A stretch of DNA of 64,000 nt, from the NCBI GenBank assembly GCA_965217585.1, contig OZ244561.1:3488001-3552000 (forward strand). Direction: 5' to 3'. Each line of letters starts with the position of its first letter. The first letter of the stretch is position 1. Under the pieces are notes generated by a model, which searched no databases, was not told the origin of the DNA, and saw nothing but the letters and a program-made list of their open reading frames with translations. Made by a program: the position numbers and the translations under genes. Below, piece by piece: positions 1-9,939 of the stretch. This DNA is from Candidatus Latescibacterota bacterium (GTDB lineage Bacteria; Latescibacterota; UBA2968; UBA8231).

Positions 1-1415
1 GCCGCTTGCTCGGCCGCCCGGCGATATGCGGGATCGCCCAAGACTGCGAAACCCCGCGCATACGCCTCGATCATCATCCCGTTCCAAGCGGTTAGCACCT
101 TGTCGTCGAGGAGGGGATAGAGCCGTTCGGCCCGCGCCGCAAGGACGCGCTGCCGCACGGGTTCCATTTGCGCACGCAGCTCGGCATCGGCAAACGATGT
201 CTCCACGTAGAGGACGCCCCCTTCGCCCTCGGGCATGGGGGCTAGCCCATAGACGCCCCAAAACAATTCCGCCTCGCGCCCCAACGCGTTTTCCAGATCG
301 CTCGCAGTCCACAGGTAGTACTTGCCCTCTTCGGCTTCGGTCTCGGCGTCCAAGGCCGAGTAAAAAGCCCCCTCCGGCCCGGTCATCTCCCGCGCAACAA
401 AGCGAAAAATATCCTCTGCCACCCACCGCCAGCGGTCGTCGCCCGTCAGTTCGTACGCACGCAAGTACAGCCGCGACAAATGGGCTTGGTTGTAGAGCAT
501 CTTTTCGAAGTGCGGCACTTGCCACTCGGCATCCGTGGCGTAGCGGTGAAAGCCGCCGCCGATTTGGTCGTAGATGCCGCCGGCCGCCATCTGCTCCAGC
601 GAGTGCAAAACGATGCGCTGTACTTGGGGATCGGCAAAGCGCTGGGCCGTGGCCATCAGCATCTCCAAGCGCAGGCTCGGGGGAAATTTGGGCGCGCCGC
701 CAAAGCCGCCATTAATCGCGTCGTAGCGCCCCTGCACAGCGGCTAGCACCCGCGCTACTAGCAAAGAATCAGGAGGTACTGCTGACATCTGTTGTCCGGA
801 TTCCAAGTCGCGGATGGCCGCGGTCAAGCGGGCCGCGATTTGGAGCACCTGCTCGCGCTGGTCCTGCCAGCGCTGGCGCGTGAAGTCCAAGACTTGGGGA
901 AAGGAAGGCCGTCCAGGCAAAGGCTCGGGCGGAAAGTACGTGCCGGCGAAAAACGGCTCTTGGTCTGGCGTCAAAAACACCGAATTGGGCCAGCCGCCGT
1001 GCCGGGTAGTTAGTTGGGTCGCCAGCATGTAAATGCGGTCGATGTCGGGCCGCTCTTCCCGATCGACCTTAATGTTGATAAAGCTGGCATTCATCTGCGC
1101 CGCGATCTCGGCATTGGAAAAGACCAGTCGCTCCATTACGTGGCACCAATAGCAGGTCGAGTAGCCGACCGACAGAAAGATCGGCTTGTCCTCGGCCTTG
1201 GCCCGCGCCAGTGCCTCCTCTCCCCAGGGGTACCACTCGACCGGATTGTGCGCGTGCAGCAATAAGTATGGACTCGTCTCCCCCACCAGATGATTGCTGT
1301 ACTTCCACGAGCCATCCGCGTTCTTTAGCGCATCTCCTCCTGCAGCACCCGTGCCAAAAGTCGCGGTAAAGACCCCGAACCAAAAGCATCGGGATATGGA
1401 CAAAAGACGCGCCAA
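1..1415 (-). CDS. Thioredoxin-domain protein, YyaL/SSP411 (DUF255) family; runs off the left edge
   Basis: Manual translation (not in ORF track): ...[59 protein letters not shown]..., the hallmark YyaL N-terminus. TTG start is tentative. Confidence 0.85.
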   Translation of the reverse strand, partial: MARLLSISRCFWFGVFTATFGTGAAGGDALKNADGSWKYSNHLVGETSPYLLLHAHNPVEWYPWGEEALARAKAEDKPIFLSVGYSTCYWCHVMERLVFSNAEIAAQMNASFINIKVDREERPDIDRIYMLATQLTTRHGGWPNSVFLTPDQEPFFAGTYFPPEPLPGRPSFPQVLDFTRQRWQDQREQVLQIAARLTAAIRDLESGQQMSAVPPDSLLVARVLAAVQGRYDAINGGFGGAPKFPPSLRLEMLMATAQRFADPQVQRIVLHSLEQMAAGGIYDQIGGGFHRYATDAEWQVPHFEKMLYNQAHLSRLYLRAYELTGDDRWRWVAEDIFRFVAREMTGPEGAFYSALDAETEAEEGKYYLWTASDLENALGREAELFWGVYGLAPMPEGEGGVLYVETSFADAELRAQMEPVRQRVLAARAERLYPLLDDKVLTAWNGMMIEAYARGFAVLGDPAYRRAAEQA

Positions 1416-1423
1416 GGAGCCCC

Positions 1424-2461
1424 CTACCCGATCATTTCTCGGGTCGCCTCCACCACGTAATTGACGTCCTCTAGGGCCACGTGCCGATTTGCCACCAGCC
1501 GCGCCCCATGCGGCGGACGCGGATTGCACAACACGCCCCGCGCCTTCCACTTGGCCACTAGATCGGCAGCCGACCACCCCAAGGCCGCAAAATCCACCTT
1601 GAGTATGTTGGTTGGTCGCGGCGGAAAAGTTACCTCAATGCCCTCGATTGCTCCCAACCCGGTGGCCAGTTCCCGCGCCACCGCGTGATCCTCGGCCAGC
1701 CGATCGGTCATCTGCTCTAGGGCCACGATTCCGGCCGCAGCCACGATTCCGGCTTGGCGCATGGCGCCGCCGAGCCGCTTGCGCATCCGATAGGCCCGAT
1801 CGACAAAGTCCCTGCTTCCGCATAGCAGCGAGCCAACCGGCGCGCTCAGTCCTTTGGAGATGCAGAACATCACGGAGTCAACGTGCTGAGTGTATTCTGG
1901 AACCGTCGTTCCGGCGGCGATGGCGGCGTTAAAAATGCGCGCCCCGTCCACGTGTAGTTTCAGCCCGTGTTCGCGGCACGCAGCACTCACTGCGGCCACC
2001 TCGGTGACCGACCAAGCGTGGCCAGCGTGGTTGTTGTGGGTGTTTTCGATGCAGACGACCTTGAGCGGGGCGAAGTGCGGGTTGTCGGCGCGGACTGTCT
2101 CGCGTACTTGGTCGGCGGTGATGACGCCGTGCTCGCCAGCAGCGATGCGCGCGGACAACCCGGCGAGCGAGGCGTAGGTGCCGGCCTCCCAGTAATACAT
2201 GTGAGCCTGCTCCTCAAAGAGCACTTCGTCTCCCCAGTTGGTGTGGGTCATCAAGGCGCAGGCATTGCCCATTGTGCCCGAAGGCACGTAGAGCGCGGCT
2301 TCCATGCCCACTTTTTCGGCAGCCAATTCTTGCAAGAGATTGACCGTTGGGTCTTCGCCGTACACGTCGTCGCCCAACGGCGCGCAGGCCATGGCCTCCT
2401 GCATGGCCTTAGTCGGCAGGGTAATCGTGTCGCTGCGCAGGTCTATTGTCTTGTCACTCAT
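1424..2461 (-). CDS. ltaE: Low-specificity L-threonine aldolase
   Basis: [36 protein letters not shown], and PLP lysine motif [10 protein letters not shown]. Confidence 0.93.
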   Translation of the reverse strand: MSDKTIDLRSDTITLPTKAMQEAMACAPLGDDVYGEDPTVNLLQELAAEKVGMEAALYVPSGTMGNACALMTHTNWGDEVLFEEQAHMYYWEAGTYASLAGLSARIAAGEHGVITADQVRETVRADNPHFAPLKVVCIENTHNNHAGHAWSVTEVAAVSAACREHGLKLHVDGARIFNAAIAAGTTVPEYTQHVDSVMFCISKGLSAPVGSLLCGSRDFVDRAYRMRKRLGGAMRQAGIVAAAGIVALEQMTDRLAEDHAVARELATGLGAIEGIEVTFPPRPTNILKVDFAALGWSAADLVAKWKARGVLCNPRPPHGARLVANRHVALEDVNYVVEATREMIG

Positions 2462-2549
2462 AATAGGTAAGCTCCTCGATTGACGCTGTAATTTGCTCGC
2501 CCTATTTTAGGCGGTCGCAAAATCTACAAATCACAAGGAGTTGCGTCCA

Positions 2550-4184
2550 ATGGCCTTTTCTTCCAAAGGAATCACCCACCGCAGCACCGCCACAGGCCGC
2601 CGTGGCATGATCGCCTCGGCGCATCCGCTCGCTTCTCTCGCTGGTATGCGCATCCTGATGGAGGGCGGCAATGCCATTGACGCGGCCATTGCCACGGCCG
2701 CGGCGCTCAACGTGGTCGAGCCGTATATGTCAGGCATTGGCGGTATTGGCTATCTGCACATCTACAGCGCCCGCGAAAAAGAGCACAAGATCGTCGACTA
2801 CGTCGGCCTCACCCCGCGCGCGGCCGCGCTGAATCTGTACGACAGCGACGACAAACAGGGGTTTGGTCCCCTCACGCCGTTAGTACCTGGTGCTTGCGGC
2901 GGCTGGCTGGCCGCGCTGGAGCGCTACGGCTCGATGGACGCCGCCCGCGTCTTCGCTCCAGCGATTGAGTACGCCGAGCAGGGCTACGCCCTCACGGTCA
3001 AGAACGCCTTTTTCTACGCGGGTGCGGCCTCAAGCCTGCGCCGCTTCAAGACCGGTGCCGACACCTACCTACTCGACGGCGCGGCCCCCGGGCCTGGGGA
3101 AGTGGTAGTGCAAAAGGCCCTTGCCGAAACCTTCCGCCAAGTTGCTGCCGAGGGCGCGGATGTCTTTTACAAGGGCGCGATTGCCGACCGCATCGTTCGC
3201 TATATGGAAGAGACCGGCGGCCTAATTACAAAAGAAGACCTCGCCGACTTTGCCCCGGCGTTCGTCGACCCAGTCTCCATCAACTATCGCGGCTATGAGG
3301 TCTTTGCGCCGCCGCCGCCCTGCCAAGCCGTCCAGTACTTGGAGACGCTGGCCATCATGGAGGGCTTTGACGTGGCCGACCTCGGCCACAACACCGCCCC
3401 GACCTTGCACCGCTTTATCGAGACAACCAAGCTGGCCATGGCCGACCGCATTGCCTACACGGCCATCGACAATCCACCGACAGCGGGCCTGCTGTCGAAG
3501 GAATACGCAAGCGAGCGGCGCGCGCTCATCGGCGACAAGGCCCAGTTTACCGCCGGCGAGCACCTCGTGCCCGGCGGCCCGGTTGGAGAGGTCAAAGCGG
3601 GCGACCCGCGCGCGTGGATGAGCGAATGCACGACTCATTTCGACACCATCGACGCCGATGGCAACGCCGTCGCCTGCACCCAGAGCTTGGGCGGCCCCTT
3701 TGGTTCGGCCATGGTGGTACCGGAGACCGGCGTTGCCCTCAACAACTTCATGCGCTGGTTCGACCGCGAGCCGACCAGCCCCAATGTCATCGGCCCGGCC
3801 AAGAAAAACGAGATGTGCGTCTCGCCGGCCCAGATTTGGGACGCCGACGGCCTGCGCCTGCTCATCGGTACCCCAGGGAGCTATGGCATCCTCCAGACGA
3901 CTCCGCAGATGATTATGAACATTCTCGATCACCAGATGAATGTCCAAGCCGCCATTGAGGCCCCCCGCGTCAAGACCGGGAGCCCCGGCTTTGTCGTCGA
4001 TGCTGAAAACCGCATTGACCGCGAGGTTTTCGCCGAACTGGAGCGCCGCGGGCACCAGTTCAATTTCCTCGGCGACTGGTCGGCTGGCGTTGGCGGCGGC
4101 CAAGGTATCATGGTCGATGCCGACACGGGTTCCTTTATGGGCGGAGCCGACCCGCGCCGCGACGGCTATGCCCTCGGTTGGTGA
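2550..4184 (+). CDS. ggt: Gamma-glutamyltransferase family protein
   Basis: GGNAIDAAIA..VVEPYMSGIGG, TTHF (Thr nucleophile), LNNFM, terminal GADPRRDG; AAGGAG RBS before ATG 2550. Confidence 0.9.
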   Translation: MAFSSKGITHRSTATGRRGMIASAHPLASLAGMRILMEGGNAIDAAIATAAALNVVEPYMSGIGGIGYLHIYSAREKEHKIVDYVGLTPRAAALNLYDSDDKQGFGPLTPLVPGACGGWLAALERYGSMDAARVFAPAIEYAEQGYALTVKNAFFYAGAASSLRRFKTGADTYLLDGAAPGPGEVVVQKALAETFRQVAAEGADVFYKGAIADRIVRYMEETGGLITKEDLADFAPAFVDPVSINYRGYEVFAPPPPCQAVQYLETLAIMEGFDVADLGHNTAPTLHRFIETTKLAMADRIAYTAIDNPPTAGLLSKEYASERRALIGDKAQFTAGEHLVPGGPVGEVKAGDPRAWMSECTTHFDTIDADGNAVACTQSLGGPFGSAMVVPETGVALNNFMRWFDREPTSPNVIGPAKKNEMCVSPAQIWDADGLRLLIGTPGSYGILQTTPQMIMNILDHQMNVQAAIEAPRVKTGSPGFVVDAENRIDREVFAELERRGHQFNFLGDWSAGVGGGQGIMVDADTGSFMGGADPRRDGYALGW

Positions 4185-5333
4185 GTGGTGAGCGCAGACG
4201 ACAACTGCACCAGCACCCCACACGTCGAATTCACCGGCGTCAGCAAAAGCTACGACGGTCGCAACTGGGTCGTGCGCGACCTTGACCTCTCCGTACACAA
4301 GGGCGAATTCCTCACCATGCTCGGGCCGTCTGGTTCCGGTAAGACGACCTGCTTGATGATGCTCGCTGGGTTTGAAACGCCAGCGTCTGGTGCCATCCAC
4401 ATCAATGGCGTGCCGGTCGGCGATTTGCCCCCCCACAAGCGCGACATCGGCGTCGTGTTCCAAAACTACGCACTCTTTCCGCACATGACGGTCGGCGGCA
4501 ACTTGGCGTTTCCGCTGGAAGTGCGCGGCATCGACCCCAGCGAGCGGCAGGAGCGGGTGGCCCGCACTCTGCGCCTCGTGCGCTTAGAAGGCCTGGAGGA
4601 TCGTCGCTCAGGGCAGCTATCCGGTGGTCAGCAACAGCGCGTTGCGATCGCCCGCGCTTTGGTCTTCGATCCGGAACTCGTGTTGATGGACGAGCCGCTC
4701 GGCGCACTAGACCGACGCCTGCGCGAGGAAATGCAGTACGAAATCCGCCGCATTCAGCGCACTTTGGGCATAACGGTCGTCTATGTCACGCACGATCAAC
4801 AGGAGGCCATGGTCATGTCGGATCGGGTCGCCGTCTTTCGCGGCGGCGCGATCGAGCAGATAGCATCCCCGGAGGTGCTTTACGAAGAGCCGGAACGCGC
4901 TTTTGTGGCCCATTTCATCGGCGAGAACAACCGCCTAAACGGCGTGGTGCGCACGGTCGGCGACGGCGTGTGCGAAGTGGAGGTCGGCGATGCGCTCATC
5001 AAGGCCGTGAGCTTGGAGCAATGCCCGCCGGGGGCTGCCGCGACGGTCGTCATTCGCCCGGAGCGAGTGGAGCTCTCGCCGGGTGCGGGCCTACACGCGT
5101 ACTCCAACGAGTTTGAGGCCGATATCGAGGATATAGCATTTCTCGGGGATCACCTGCGGCTGCGCCTAAAGCTGTGCGGGCACTCGGGCTTCATCGTCAA
5201 GATCCCCAACGTCGTGGGCCAGGGAGCGGTGTTGGAGGGAGATCGGGTCCGCGTCGGCTGGACCGCGCTGGACTGCCGCGCGCTGCAACCCGATGCTGCC
5301 GACGATGGAGAGGACCCATCGGCAAGTGGTTGA
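4185..5333 (+). CDS. Polyamine/opine-type ABC transporter ATP-binding protein (PotA-like)
   Basis: GPSGSGKT, VFQNYALFPHM, LSGGQQQR, LMDEPLGALD, C-terminal TOBE-like region. Confidence 0.92.
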   Translation: MVSADDNCTSTPHVEFTGVSKSYDGRNWVVRDLDLSVHKGEFLTMLGPSGSGKTTCLMMLAGFETPASGAIHINGVPVGDLPPHKRDIGVVFQNYALFPHMTVGGNLAFPLEVRGIDPSERQERVARTLRLVRLEGLEDRRSGQLSGGQQQRVAIARALVFDPELVLMDEPLGALDRRLREEMQYEIRRIQRTLGITVVYVTHDQQEAMVMSDRVAVFRGGAIEQIASPEVLYEEPERAFVAHFIGENNRLNGVVRTVGDGVCEVEVGDALIKAVSLEQCPPGAAATVVIRPERVELSPGAGLHAYSNEFEADIEDIAFLGDHLRLRLKLCGHSGFIVKIPNVVGQGAVLEGDRVRVGWTALDCRALQPDAADDGEDPSASG

Positions 5334-6558
5334 CCAAGTAACAGCAGAGACGGGTTTAGACGCGTCCAAGCAGCAGGCGCGACAGCGGCGGCGAGCGGTC
5401 GGGCTGGCTCTGCCGCTGATCGCCTTTGTTCTGGCGACCTTTGTCGCGCCGCTCGGCTCGTTGCTCGTGCGCAGCGCGTACGACCCTCTAGTCGCGGATG
5501 CGTTGCCGGAAACGCTCTCCCTATTGCGCGCATGGGACGGGACCGACGCCTTGGCGGAGCCTGTGTATGCCGCGGCCGCACGCGAGTTATTGCGGGCGCG
5601 GGAGGATCGCACCCTCGGCCAAATCGCCACGCGCGTCAACCGCATCAAGAGCGGCTTGCGCAGCGTCGTCACGCGCAGTGTGCGCAAGCTGCGCAACGCC
5701 AGCGGCGACTCTTGGCGCGAGACCATGATCGGCATCGACGCCGCTTGGGGCGAGCCGGATGTGTGGCTGGCGATTCGCAGCGCTGGGGAGCGGTTCACGT
5801 CTCGCCACTATATCAATGCGCTCGATCTCGTGCATCAACCCGATGGTAGCATTGTCCGGCAGCCGGAGGAACGCCGCATCTACCTGCCGCTCTTATGGCG
5901 CACGCTGGCCGTTAGTGCTGGCATTGCCGCGCTGTGCTTGGTCATTGGCTACCCGATTGCCCACTTGATCGCCAACGCGCCAACGCGCCGTGCCAACCTG
6001 CTGTTGTTGCTGGTGTTGGTGCCGTTCTGGACGTCCCTGTTGGTGCGGACGACGGCTTGGATCGTGCTGCTCCAGACTCAAGGCGTAATCAATAGCTTGC
6101 TGGTGGCGGTCGGACTGATCGCGGACGACGGTCGCATCGCCATGATATACAACATGACCGGCACGTTTGTGGCGATGACCCACGTGCTGCTTCCCTTCAT
6201 GGTGCTGCCGCTGTACTCGGTAATGCGTTCGATCCCGCCTTCGCACCTACAGGCCGCGGCTTCCCTCGGCGCGACCCCCTTTCAGGCGTTCTGGCGCGTC
6301 TATTGGCCGCAGACCTTGCCCGGTGTTGGCGCTGGGTTGCTGATGGTATTCATCCTCGCCATTGGCTACTACATCACGCCGGCGCTGGTCGGCGGGAGCA
6401 AGGGTCAGCTCATCTCCAACATGATCGCCTATCACATGCAGACCTCGCTCAACTGGGGACTCGCCGCTGCGCTCGCCGTCATCCTGCTCGTGGGCGTCAT
6501 CGCACTGTACGTGCTCTACGACCGCGTGGTGGGCATTGACCGCATGAGGCTGAGCTGA
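5293..6558 (+). CDS. ABC transporter permease (PotB-like); true start may be GTG 5326
   Basis: LVPFWTSLLVRT, HVLLPFMVLPLY, AAASLGA EAA loop. Confidence 0.88.
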   Translation: MLPTMERTHRQVVDQVTAETGLDASKQQARQRRRAVGLALPLIAFVLATFVAPLGSLLVRSAYDPLVADALPETLSLLRAWDGTDALAEPVYAAAARELLRAREDRTLGQIATRVNRIKSGLRSVVTRSVRKLRNASGDSWRETMIGIDAAWGEPDVWLAIRSAGERFTSRHYINALDLVHQPDGSIVRQPEERRIYLPLLWRTLAVSAGIAALCLVIGYPIAHLIANAPTRRANLLLLLVLVPFWTSLLVRTTAWIVLLQTQGVINSLLVAVGLIADDGRIAMIYNMTGTFVAMTHVLLPFMVLPLYSVMRSIPPSHLQAAASLGATPFQAFWRVYWPQTLPGVGAGLLMVFILAIGYYITPALVGGSKGQLISNMIAYHMQTSLNWGLAAALAVILLVGVIALYVLYDRVVGIDRMRLS

Positions 6559-7373
6559 TGTTTGGGCGGTGGGTCTATCTCGCGTTCTGCACGGCGGCGT
6601 TTGTCTTCTTGGTCGCGCCGATTTTGGTAATTGTGCCACTCAGCTTCAACGCGGAGCCGTATTTCACGTTTACCGAGGGCATGCTGAGCCTCGACCCAGA
6701 GGCGTATTCGCTGCGTTGGTATCGCAGCATCATCGAGGACGACGTATGGACCCGCGCCTTAATCAACAGCTTGGTCATCGGCGTCTCGGCGACCTTGCTC
6801 GCGACCTCGCTTGGCACCCTTGCGGCCCTCGGATTGGCGAATTCGGCTATGCCCGCTCGGAGGGCGGTGATGGGGCTATTGATTTCGCCGCTGATCACGC
6901 CGGTTATCATCGCCGCGGTCGGGATGTTCTTCTTTTATTCTAGCCTCGGCTTGGCTCAGACCCACCTCGGCATAATCCTCGCCCATGCCGTGCTCGGGGT
7001 GCCGTTTGTGGTGATTACCGTAACCGCCACGTTGTCGGGTTTCGACCAGAACTTGATGAGGGCCGCCGCCAGCCTCGGCGCGGGTCCGCTGCGCAGCTTC
7101 TGGCGCGTGCAGTTGCCGCTCATCGCACCTGGGGTTGCGTCTGGCGGGTTGTTCGCCTTTGCCGCTTCCTTCGACGAGGTGGTGGTGGTGCTGTTCATGG
7201 GCGGCTTGGAGCAGCGGACCATTCCGCGACAGATGTGGGCGGGCATCCGCGAGCAAATCAGCCCCACCATCCTAGCTGTGGCGACCTTTCTCATCGCGTT
7301 TGCTGTCTTGGTTTTGTTTACGGTAGAATGGCTGCGCCGTCGCGGGAGTGGAACCGACTCTCCCGCAGGATGA
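6558..7373 (+). CDS. ABC transporter permease (PotC-like)
   Basis: PLSFN, YSLRWY, RAAASLGA, SFDEVV; translationally coupled to the upstream permease. Confidence 0.9.
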   Translation: MFGRWVYLAFCTAAFVFLVAPILVIVPLSFNAEPYFTFTEGMLSLDPEAYSLRWYRSIIEDDVWTRALINSLVIGVSATLLATSLGTLAALGLANSAMPARRAVMGLLISPLITPVIIAAVGMFFFYSSLGLAQTHLGIILAHAVLGVPFVVITVTATLSGFDQNLMRAAASLGAGPLRSFWRVQLPLIAPGVASGGLFAFAASFDEVVVVLFMGGLEQRTIPRQMWAGIREQISPTILAVATFLIAFAVLVLFTVEWLRRRGSGTDSPAG

Positions 7374-7482
7374 ATGCGATAGCCTAGCGACTAAGCCCGA
7401 ACCAAAAAGACCTTGAGGTACCCCTAAATTATGCGTATTACTTTGGGACGATGAATGAAATCCCAAATCAGGGAGGGGAATC

Positions 7483-8850
7483 ATGGACAACGAACTCAGC
7501 TCGCTGAGCGTCATATTCACCGAGTTTTACTACTGGATCACGGTGGTGTTGATGTTCTTCATCCACGTGGGATTCTGTATGTACGAAGTAGGCGTTTCGC
7601 GCCATAAAAACCACGTCCACACCCTGATGAAGAATACAATGCTCATCCCGCTGGTGACCATTACCTTCTTCTTCTTTGGGTGGTGGATCTACTTCGCCTT
7701 CCCGAACGGTCCGGGCATCATCGGCGGCCTCGTCGAGGCACCGCACGCGGTGGCTTGGAGCGAGCTGATGGGACCGCATCTGGGGGGTGCTGGAGATCCC
7801 GATGGCTGGGCGCGGCTCAACGGCGTGTTCTGGGCGGCGTTCCTGCTGTTTTCTTGGACCGCGGCCTCGATTGTCTCTGGATCGGTCATCGAGCGCATCC
7901 GCTCCTCCGCGTTCTGGATTTTGGCTATCCTCATCGGCTCGGTATTCTGGGTCATTGACGCTGCTTGGGGCTGGCACGCCGAAGGCTGGATGGTGCAGCT
8001 GCTGGGCTACCACGACGCCTATGCCTCTGGGGTCATTCACGCCATTGCCGGCGGCTTTGCCCTCGGCATCTTAGCCGTGCTGGGGCCGCGGATCGGCAAG
8101 TTTGCCGCCGACGGGACGCCGAGGAGCATCAACCCGCGCAACCCGTGGCTGGTGACCATCGGCCTCTTCCTCATATACACCGGCTTCTGGGGGTTCTACG
8201 TGGCCTGCAACGTCCCGATGTGGGACGTGCAGAGTGGCGACGGCGTTTTTTATTCGGCCACCAACATCTACTTGGCACCTACTACCCTATCCGCCATTAC
8301 GGTGAACTTTCTCATGGCCTTGGCCGGAGGCCTGCTCGCCGGCTACCTCGTCTCAAAGGGCGACGCGTACTGGACCTATTCGGCCGGCTTGGCTGGCATC
8401 ATCGCCGCATCGGCCGGCAACGACTTATACCACCCGGTGCAGGCTATGCTCATTGCCGCCCTCGGCGTCGTATTCATGTATAGGATGCACTACTGGGTGG
8501 AGCGCAGGTTCAAGATTGACGACGCCGTCGGGGCGGTGGCCGTACACGGCTACGCTGGCTTCTTTGGCGTCGTGGTCTGTGGCTTCGTGCTGTGGGGCTA
8601 TCCATCGTCGCCGAACGCGGGCTTTGCCAGCATCAACCCGCTGGGCCAAATCGCCGGCGCTTTGATCATGTTCGGACTGCTTGGCTTCATTCCGGGGTGG
8701 GTAGCGGCCAAAATTATTCACCGCCTCGGTGGGCTGCGCATTCCACGCGCGATTGAGCTGGCCGGCCTCGACTACGGCACGGCCTCTGATCGGGCCGCGG
8801 AGGAACAGGGCATCATTGACGCCGAGCGCGAAGAACTCGGCAAACTGTAA
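7483..8850 (+). CDS. amt: Ammonium/methylammonium transporter (Amt family, divergent subgroup)
   Basis: About 11 TM segments, SIVSGSVIER, LGPRIGKF, IDDAVGAVAVHG; twin His present (GVIH, AVHG). Confidence 0.88.
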   Translation: MDNELSSLSVIFTEFYYWITVVLMFFIHVGFCMYEVGVSRHKNHVHTLMKNTMLIPLVTITFFFFGWWIYFAFPNGPGIIGGLVEAPHAVAWSELMGPHLGGAGDPDGWARLNGVFWAAFLLFSWTAASIVSGSVIERIRSSAFWILAILIGSVFWVIDAAWGWHAEGWMVQLLGYHDAYASGVIHAIAGGFALGILAVLGPRIGKFAADGTPRSINPRNPWLVTIGLFLIYTGFWGFYVACNVPMWDVQSGDGVFYSATNIYLAPTTLSAITVNFLMALAGGLLAGYLVSKGDAYWTYSAGLAGIIAASAGNDLYHPVQAMLIAALGVVFMYRMHYWVERRFKIDDAVGAVAVHGYAGFFGVVVCGFVLWGYPSSPNAGFASINPLGQIAGALIMFGLLGFIPGWVAAKIIHRLGGLRIPRAIELAGLDYGTASDRAAEEQGIIDAEREELGKL

Positions 8851-8901
8851 ACTCGGCGAGCCACTAGCTGAACCAAACACATACTCTACTAGGAGATCAT
8901 C

Positions 8902-9135
8902 ATGTCCACCGGAAACATCGAAAGTTGGAGCGGCAACATGGCCGAGATTGGGCCTCTCTACCCGTTTGTCGGTGCGGAGTTCGCGCTGTTCGTCGTGGGG
9001 ATGGTACTGTGGATTCTCTGGCACGTGCGGCAGGCCCGCATCGAGACGGAGCAGTACGAAGAAGAGGTGCAGCGCTTCGGCAGCCCCGAATCCCTGAGCA
9101 AGATCTTGGACGCGGAGGACCCCTATTCTCCATGA
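8902..9135 (+). CDS. Small single-pass membrane protein downstream of amt
   Basis: AGGAG RBS; IGPLYPFVGAE followed by one TM helix. Confidence 0.7.
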   Translation: MSTGNIESWSGNMAEIGPLYPFVGAEFALFVVGMVLWILWHVRQARIETEQYEEEVQRFGSPESLSKILDAEDPYSP

Positions 9136-9202
9136 GAATCGGCAGATACCCCTCCACGCGAGTCAGACAAAATCCATAAACACCGTGCCTGAAAGGAAAG
9201 GT

Positions 9203-9856
9203 ATGCTGAGATTCGCCGAAGAAATTATGCTTCTTTTGCTCGACGATGAAAATGGGAGCTTCGCCCGAGTGCCCGACCGGTTGGTGCGGTACGCCTTAGG
9301 CGGCGGGGTCCTGATGGAACTGGCGCTGGAAGACCGCATAGACACCGACTTGGACAAGCTGGTCCTCGTCGACAGCACTCCCTTACAAGATAGTCTAATC
9401 GACCCGACGCTAAGCGACATTGCCGCGGCGACCGAAACGCACGACACCCGTTACTGGCTAGAGCGCGCTGCCGCCCGCGCCGACGCGATCCGCGAGGGCG
9501 CGCTCCGCCGGCTGGTGCAGAAGGGCATTCTCGCGAGTGAGGAGGGGCGCTTCCTGTGGGTGTTTCGCTCGCGGCGCTACCCAGTTCTCGATGGCAAGGC
9601 CGAGTTAGAGGTCAAGCTGCGCATCATGGAGGTGCTGTTCAGCGATAAGATCCCCGACCCCCGCGACGTGGTCATTATCTGCTTAGCGGACGCCTGCGGA
9701 ATTTTCGAGCAGCTCTTGGCCAGCCGCGAGCTGGCTCGTGCGGCCGGGCGCATTGAACAGGTGCGCAAGCTGGACTTGATTGGCCAAGAAGTGACCAAGG
9801 CCATCTGGGACATTGAAGCGTCGCTCGCCCTCGCCGTGCAGCCGCACATGTATTAA
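9203..9856 (+). CDS. GPP34/GOLPH3 (Vps74)-family protein
   Basis: FAEEIMLLLLDD..G, GGVLMELALEDRI, LVQKGIL...FLWVF.SRRYP pattern. Confidence 0.8.
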   Translation: MLRFAEEIMLLLLDDENGSFARVPDRLVRYALGGGVLMELALEDRIDTDLDKLVLVDSTPLQDSLIDPTLSDIAAATETHDTRYWLERAAARADAIREGALRRLVQKGILASEEGRFLWVFRSRRYPVLDGKAELEVKLRIMEVLFSDKIPDPRDVVIICLADACGIFEQLLASRELARAAGRIEQVRKLDLIGQEVTKAIWDIEASLALAVQPHMY

Positions 9857-9875
9857 GCGCTGTCGTAACCCAATG

Positions 9876-9921
9876 AAAAAAGGCGCGAGAAGCACACACT
9901 GTCTGTGCTCCTCGCGCCTTT
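9876..9921. terminator. Probable bidirectional intrinsic terminator
   Basis: AAAGGCGCGAG-AAGCACA...TGTGCT-CCTCGCGCCTTT hairpin with A/T tails, between convergent genes. Confidence 0.75.
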
Positions 9922-9939
9922 CTCGTGCCACAAGATAAG

